Positions 60,149-64,000 of a stretch of DNA of 64,000 bases are shown here, one piece after another (positions within the stretch are counted from its first letter, which is position 1; the number at the start of each line of letters is the position of its first letter). The stretch covers positions 4,142 through 68,141 of the forward strand of contig JBGSYZ010000017.1 in the NCBI GenBank assembly GCA_041750655.1, read 5' to 3'. The position numbers and the translations under genes are program-made. The stretch is from Minisyncoccia bacterium (lineage in GTDB: Bacteria; Patescibacteriota; Minisyncoccia; Phycocordibacterales; UBA918). The notes below the pieces were generated by a model that was given only the letters and a program-made list of their open reading frames with translations, was not told where the DNA came from and did not search any database.

Positions 60149-63100
60149 ATGAAACCAAGAACAAATCGAGGTAACTCATTCAATCAAGTCAGTTTAAAGC
60201 TGGCTTCACCAGACACAATTCTAGAGTGGTCAAAAGGAGAAGTGACCAAGCCAGAAACTATTAACTACCGAACCCAGCGTCCTGAAAAGCACGGTCTGTT
60301 CGATGAGCGCATTTTTGGACCGGTAGAAGACTACGAGTGTTCATGTAAGAAATATCGTGGTATTCGCTATAAAGGTATCGAGTGTGAAAAATGTGGTGTA
60401 GAAGTCACTCGCTCAATTGTTCGTCGCGAACGGATGGGACACATTGAACTGTGTGTGCCAGTGTCTCACATCTGGTTCCTTCGTGGTGTGCCAAGTCGAA
60501 TCGCCTTGATTCTCGGTATTTCGGCAGCGGACATTGAAAAAGTAATCTACTTCGCAGGCTACATCGTGACTAAAGTGTCAGAGCAAGAACGAGCTCGTCT
60601 TTTGTCTGAACTCGATACCGAATATAAAAACAAATATAAAGAGCTACAAAACGATGACGCCAAGGAAGAACTTAAGAGTCGAATGACTGAAATGAAGCAG
60701 GAGATTGATAGCGTTCGTGAAGGAAAGGTGCTTGACGAAACTACGTTCCACAAATTCTCAGTTCGATACAGTACTCTTTTTGAAGCCAAAATTGGTGCTG
60801 AATCTGTGTATGAAATGTTCAAGAACGTTGACCTACACAAACTTCTCGAACGTTTAGAGACTGAGCGAGAAACTGCTGGTGCAGCTGAACGACTAAAACT
60901 TGATAAGAGATTGTCACTAGTACGCGGTATGTTGCACTCTGGGGTTCGTCCAGAATGGATGTTCCTGACTCGCCTGCCGGTAATTCCACCAGCCCTTCGC
61001 CCGATGGTAGCGTTGGAAGGTGGACGACATGCATCATCAGACCTCAACGACCTATATCGCCGCGTCATCAACCGAAATAATCGTCTGAAGAAATTAATTG
61101 ATATCATGGCGCCTGACGTTATTCTTCGTAACGAAAAACGTATTCTACAAGAAGCGGTGGATGCCCTTATTGACAACTCAATCCGTCACGGTAACACCGC
61201 GTACTCAGCGATGAGTCAGGCCCAACGACGACCATTAAAGTCTCTGTCTGACTACCTTAAAAGCAAGCAGGGTTACTTCCGACAAAACTTGCTTGGTAAG
61301 CGAGTAGACTATTCCGGACGTTCAGTGATTGTGATTGGACCAGAACTTGATCTCGATCAATGTGGTCTACCAAAACACATGGCACTGGAGCTTTTCCGAC
61401 CATTTGTGATTGCCCAACTCTTGAAGCAAGAATTAGCATACAACATTCGTGGGGCAGGACGTCTTATTGAAGATGGTGTACCAGAAGTATGGGCAATTCT
61501 TGAAGATGTGATTCGTCACAAGTACGTACTCCTTAACCGTGCACCGACTTTGCACCGACAAGGTATACAAGCGTTTCGTCCGGTATTGATTGAAGGTAAT
61601 GCTATTCAAGTACACCCGTTAGTATGTACAGCGTTCAACGCTGACTTCGACGGTGACCAGATGGCAGTACACGTACCTCTGTCTCCAGAAGCACAGCTTG
61701 AAGCGAAGGAAATTATTTCGGCTAACCGAAACATTCTTAAGCCGGGGTCTGGTCAACCGGTGGTGTCAGAAGGTCTTAAAGACATGGCCCTCGGAGCTTA
61801 CTGGATGACCACGCTTATTGATGGTGCTCCAGGCGAAGGTAAATACTTTAGTTCACCAAACGACGCTATCAATGCCTATGATTATGGGGTAATTGATTTC
61901 CGCGCCAAAATTAAAGTATTAGCTACTGACACTGATAAATATGCCCAGTATGAAGGTCAGGTATTTGAAACTTCAGTCGGACGACTGCTTTTCAACTCAG
62001 TATTACCGAGTGATCATGACTATGTAAACAAACAACTTGGTCAAAGTGAGTTGTTTGCTATCATCATGGACCTTATTGATCAACAAGGTACTGATGTGGT
62101 TCCAACTATCGTAAACAAGATTAAAAAGAATGGTTTCAAGTACGCTACAGTTTCTGGTACTACCTGGGGAATTGATGATGTTGTAGTTCCAAAAGAGAAA
62201 CAAGGAATTGTTGAAAAAGCTCGCGGCGAAGAACGAACTATCTTTGAACACTATGACGAAGGTTTGTTATCACGTGATGAGCGACGAAGAATGGTGGTTG
62301 AAATTTGGCACCATGCCAAGACAGACCTCGAGGAAGTTATTCCAGATACAATGGATAAAAATGGTTCTGCCTACAACCTCTGGAAGTCTGGTGCTCGTGG
62401 TTCGATGCGACAGATTTCGCAGATGGTGGGTATGAAAGGTTTGATTGTTAACACTCGTGGTGAAACGATTGAATTCCCAGTCTTGTCTTCGATGAAGGAA
62501 GGTATGAGCCCGATTGAGTATTTCATTACTACTCACGGTTCTCGTAAAGGTCTCGCGGACACCGCACTCCAAACCGCGAAGGCTGGGTACCTTACACGTC
62601 GTCTCTTCGTAGTAGCGCAAGACGCGATTGTGACCGAAGAAGATTGTAAGACTAAAAACTTCATTACTATCGGGCGAGTTTCGGCATCCGGTATTGAAAT
62701 TGCGTTCTCTAAGGCACTTAAGGGTCGAGTGTTAGCTACTGCTATTGATGACGAAAAAAGTGGTCTTACATTCAAGAAAGGTCACATGCTTTCTCGTCTG
62801 GATGCTATTGCTATCGAGGAATCTGAAATTCCATCAGTGGACGTACGCTCACCAATGACGTGTGAGACATTACGTGGGGTTTGTCAGCACTGCTACGGTG
62901 TAGACCTTACTACTAACTCAATTGTAGATATTGGTGAAGCTGTTGGTACTGTGGCCGCTCAGGCGATTGGTGAGCCGGGTACTCAGCTCACAATGAACAC
63001 TAAGCACGCCGGAGGTACTTCACAGGTTGGTGGTGACGTAACGACTGGTTTGCCGCGCGTAGAAGAAGTATTTGAAAAACGAATTCCAAAGATTCCTGCT

Positions 63101-63808
63101 ATCGTTAACAAATGTGATGGTATAGTGACCTCAATCCGGACTGAAGGTAAAGAAAAGGTAATTGTGGTGACTCCAGAAGCTGGCGCTGCGCACGCACCTA
63201 AGAAAGGCGACAACATTGAGTACCCAGTTAACTTCCGTCGGGTAGTGAAAGTGTCAGAAGGAGAGTCAGTCAAAGGCGGACAACTTCTTACTGACGGTTC
63301 TGCTAACCTACTTGAGCTTTTCAAGTTCGGCGGCAAGGAGGTGACCCAAGATTACATCATTACTGAAACTAACAAGATTTATGAACTCCAGGGTGTAACG
63401 ATTGCTCGTAAACACATTGAGTTAATTGTGAAGCAAATGATGAGTCGCGTCCGTATCACTACTAGTGGCGATACTCACTTTACAGTCGGAGACGTAGTAG
63501 AAGAGTGGATCTTGGCAGAAGCTAACGAAAAAGCCAAAGCTAATGGCGGTGAAGTGGCTAAAGGTGACCGTATCATTATGGGTATCACAGAATGTTCACT
63601 CACTCGAAAGAGCTTCCTGTCAGCTGCATCCTTCCAGAACACCACTCGGGTTCTGATTAACGCTGCTGTAAAGGGTAGTGAAGATAGCCTCGCTGGTCTG
63701 ATGGAAAATGTTATTATTGGACGCTTGATCCCAGCGGGGACAGGATTTGCTGGTAGCAACAAACAAGCTATGATTGCAGCAATAGCCCCCAAAGAAGACT
63801 CAGAATAA
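60149..63808 (+). CDS. rpoC: RNA polymerase beta' subunit
   Basis: Zn finger, [24 protein letters not shown]. Confidence 0.98.
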   Translation: MKPRTNRGNSFNQVSLKLASPDTILEWSKGEVTKPETINYRTQRPEKHGLFDERIFGPVEDYECSCKKYRGIRYKGIECEKCGVEVTRSIVRRERMGHIELCVPVSHIWFLRGVPSRIALILGISAADIEKVIYFAGYIVTKVSEQERARLLSELDTEYKNKYKELQNDDAKEELKSRMTEMKQEIDSVREGKVLDETTFHKFSVRYSTLFEAKIGAESVYEMFKNVDLHKLLERLETERETAGAAERLKLDKRLSLVRGMLHSGVRPEWMFLTRLPVIPPALRPMVALEGGRHASSDLNDLYRRVINRNNRLKKLIDIMAPDVILRNEKRILQEAVDALIDNSIRHGNTAYSAMSQAQRRPLKSLSDYLKSKQGYFRQNLLGKRVDYSGRSVIVIGPELDLDQCGLPKHMALELFRPFVIAQLLKQELAYNIRGAGRLIEDGVPEVWAILEDVIRHKYVLLNRAPTLHRQGIQAFRPVLIEGNAIQVHPLVCTAFNADFDGDQMAVHVPLSPEAQLEAKEIISANRNILKPGSGQPVVSEGLKDMALGAYWMTTLIDGAPGEGKYFSSPNDAINAYDYGVIDFRAKIKVLATDTDKYAQYEGQVFETSVGRLLFNSVLPSDHDYVNKQLGQSELFAIIMDLIDQQGTDVVPTIVNKIKKNGFKYATVSGTTWGIDDVVVPKEKQGIVEKARGEERTIFEHYDEGLLSRDERRRMVVEIWHHAKTDLEEVIPDTMDKNGSAYNLWKSGARGSMRQISQMVGMKGLIVNTRGETIEFPVLSSMKEGMSPIEYFITTHGSRKGLADTALQTAKAGYLTRRLFVVAQDAIVTEEDCKTKNFITIGRVSASGIEIAFSKALKGRVLATAIDDEKSGLTFKKGHMLSRLDAIAIEESEIPSVDVRSPMTCETLRGVCQHCYGVDLTTNSIVDIGEAVGTVAAQAIGEPGTQLTMNTKHAGGTSQVGGDVTTGLPRVEEVFEKRIPKIPAIVNKCDGIVTSIRTEGKEKVIVVTPEAGAAHAPKKGDNIEYPVNFRRVVKVSEGESVKGGQLLTDGSANLLELFKFGGKEVTQDYIITETNKIYELQGVTIARKHIELIVKQMMSRVRITTSGDTHFTVGDVVEEWILAEANEKAKANGGEVAKGDRIIMGITECSLTRKSFLSAASFQNTTRVLINAAVKGSEDSLAGLMENVIIGRLIPAGTGFAGSNKQAMIAAIAPKEDSE

Positions 63809-63881
63809 AGAAATGTTTAGCTAATCCTATCTGCCTTCCTTGCATCTAGAATCACTTTAAAATTTCTTGCAGAGATAAAAA

Positions 63882-63912
63882 GAAAAACCGCACCTTTTGG
63901 GTGCGGTTTTTC
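63882..63912. terminator. Terminator after rpoC
   Basis: GAAAAACCGCACC-loop-GGTGCGGTTTTT. Confidence 0.85.
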
Positions 63913-64000
63913 ATATCCGTGTATTGGATTTTAGAAATATTCTTTTGTTTTTTACCCAAACACCTAATACCAAACCTAGTTCGGTCGTAATGATGCAAGG

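Noticed and set aside
56925-63808. Long antisense ORFs within rpoB/rpoC and other core genes; inteins or introns
   Set aside because: Shadow ORFs from codon bias; core proteins are colinear and of expected or shorter length

Overview
Chromosomal segment of a Patescibacteria/CPR bacterium (Parcubacteria-like, standard genetic code; inferred from shortened PheS/PheT/ThrS/EF-Ts/SMC, several type IV pilin-like genes, giant Thr/Ser-rich surface proteins and no Shine-Dalgarno (SD) sites in front of core genes). It carries the 3' part of a giant surface protein, a glycolysis/pentose-phosphate cluster interrupted by two pilins, translation genes (rplY, rpmE, prfA, rpsB, tsf, tRNA-Thr, pheST, thrS, rpmF, rpsP, trmD), gyrB, dnaE, rnhB, nusB, rnc, smc, rnr, rpoBC, and a sortase with a probable VPYTG substrate. 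No CRISPR array, rRNA or transposase was seen. Most notable: (i) about eleven small orphan genes slotted between core genes, mostly with their own promoter and/or terminator and a clear SD, whereas core genes are SD-less and often near-leaderless; (ii) three independently transcribed structured RNAs, one of about 310 nt with two predicted pseudoknots behind tRNA-Thr and two before rpsP that display anti-SD-like C-rich loops; (iii) several families of long imperfect palindromic intergenic elements and a tRNA-like duplicate. All RNA structures were paired by eye and product names come from motif recognition, not from database searches.
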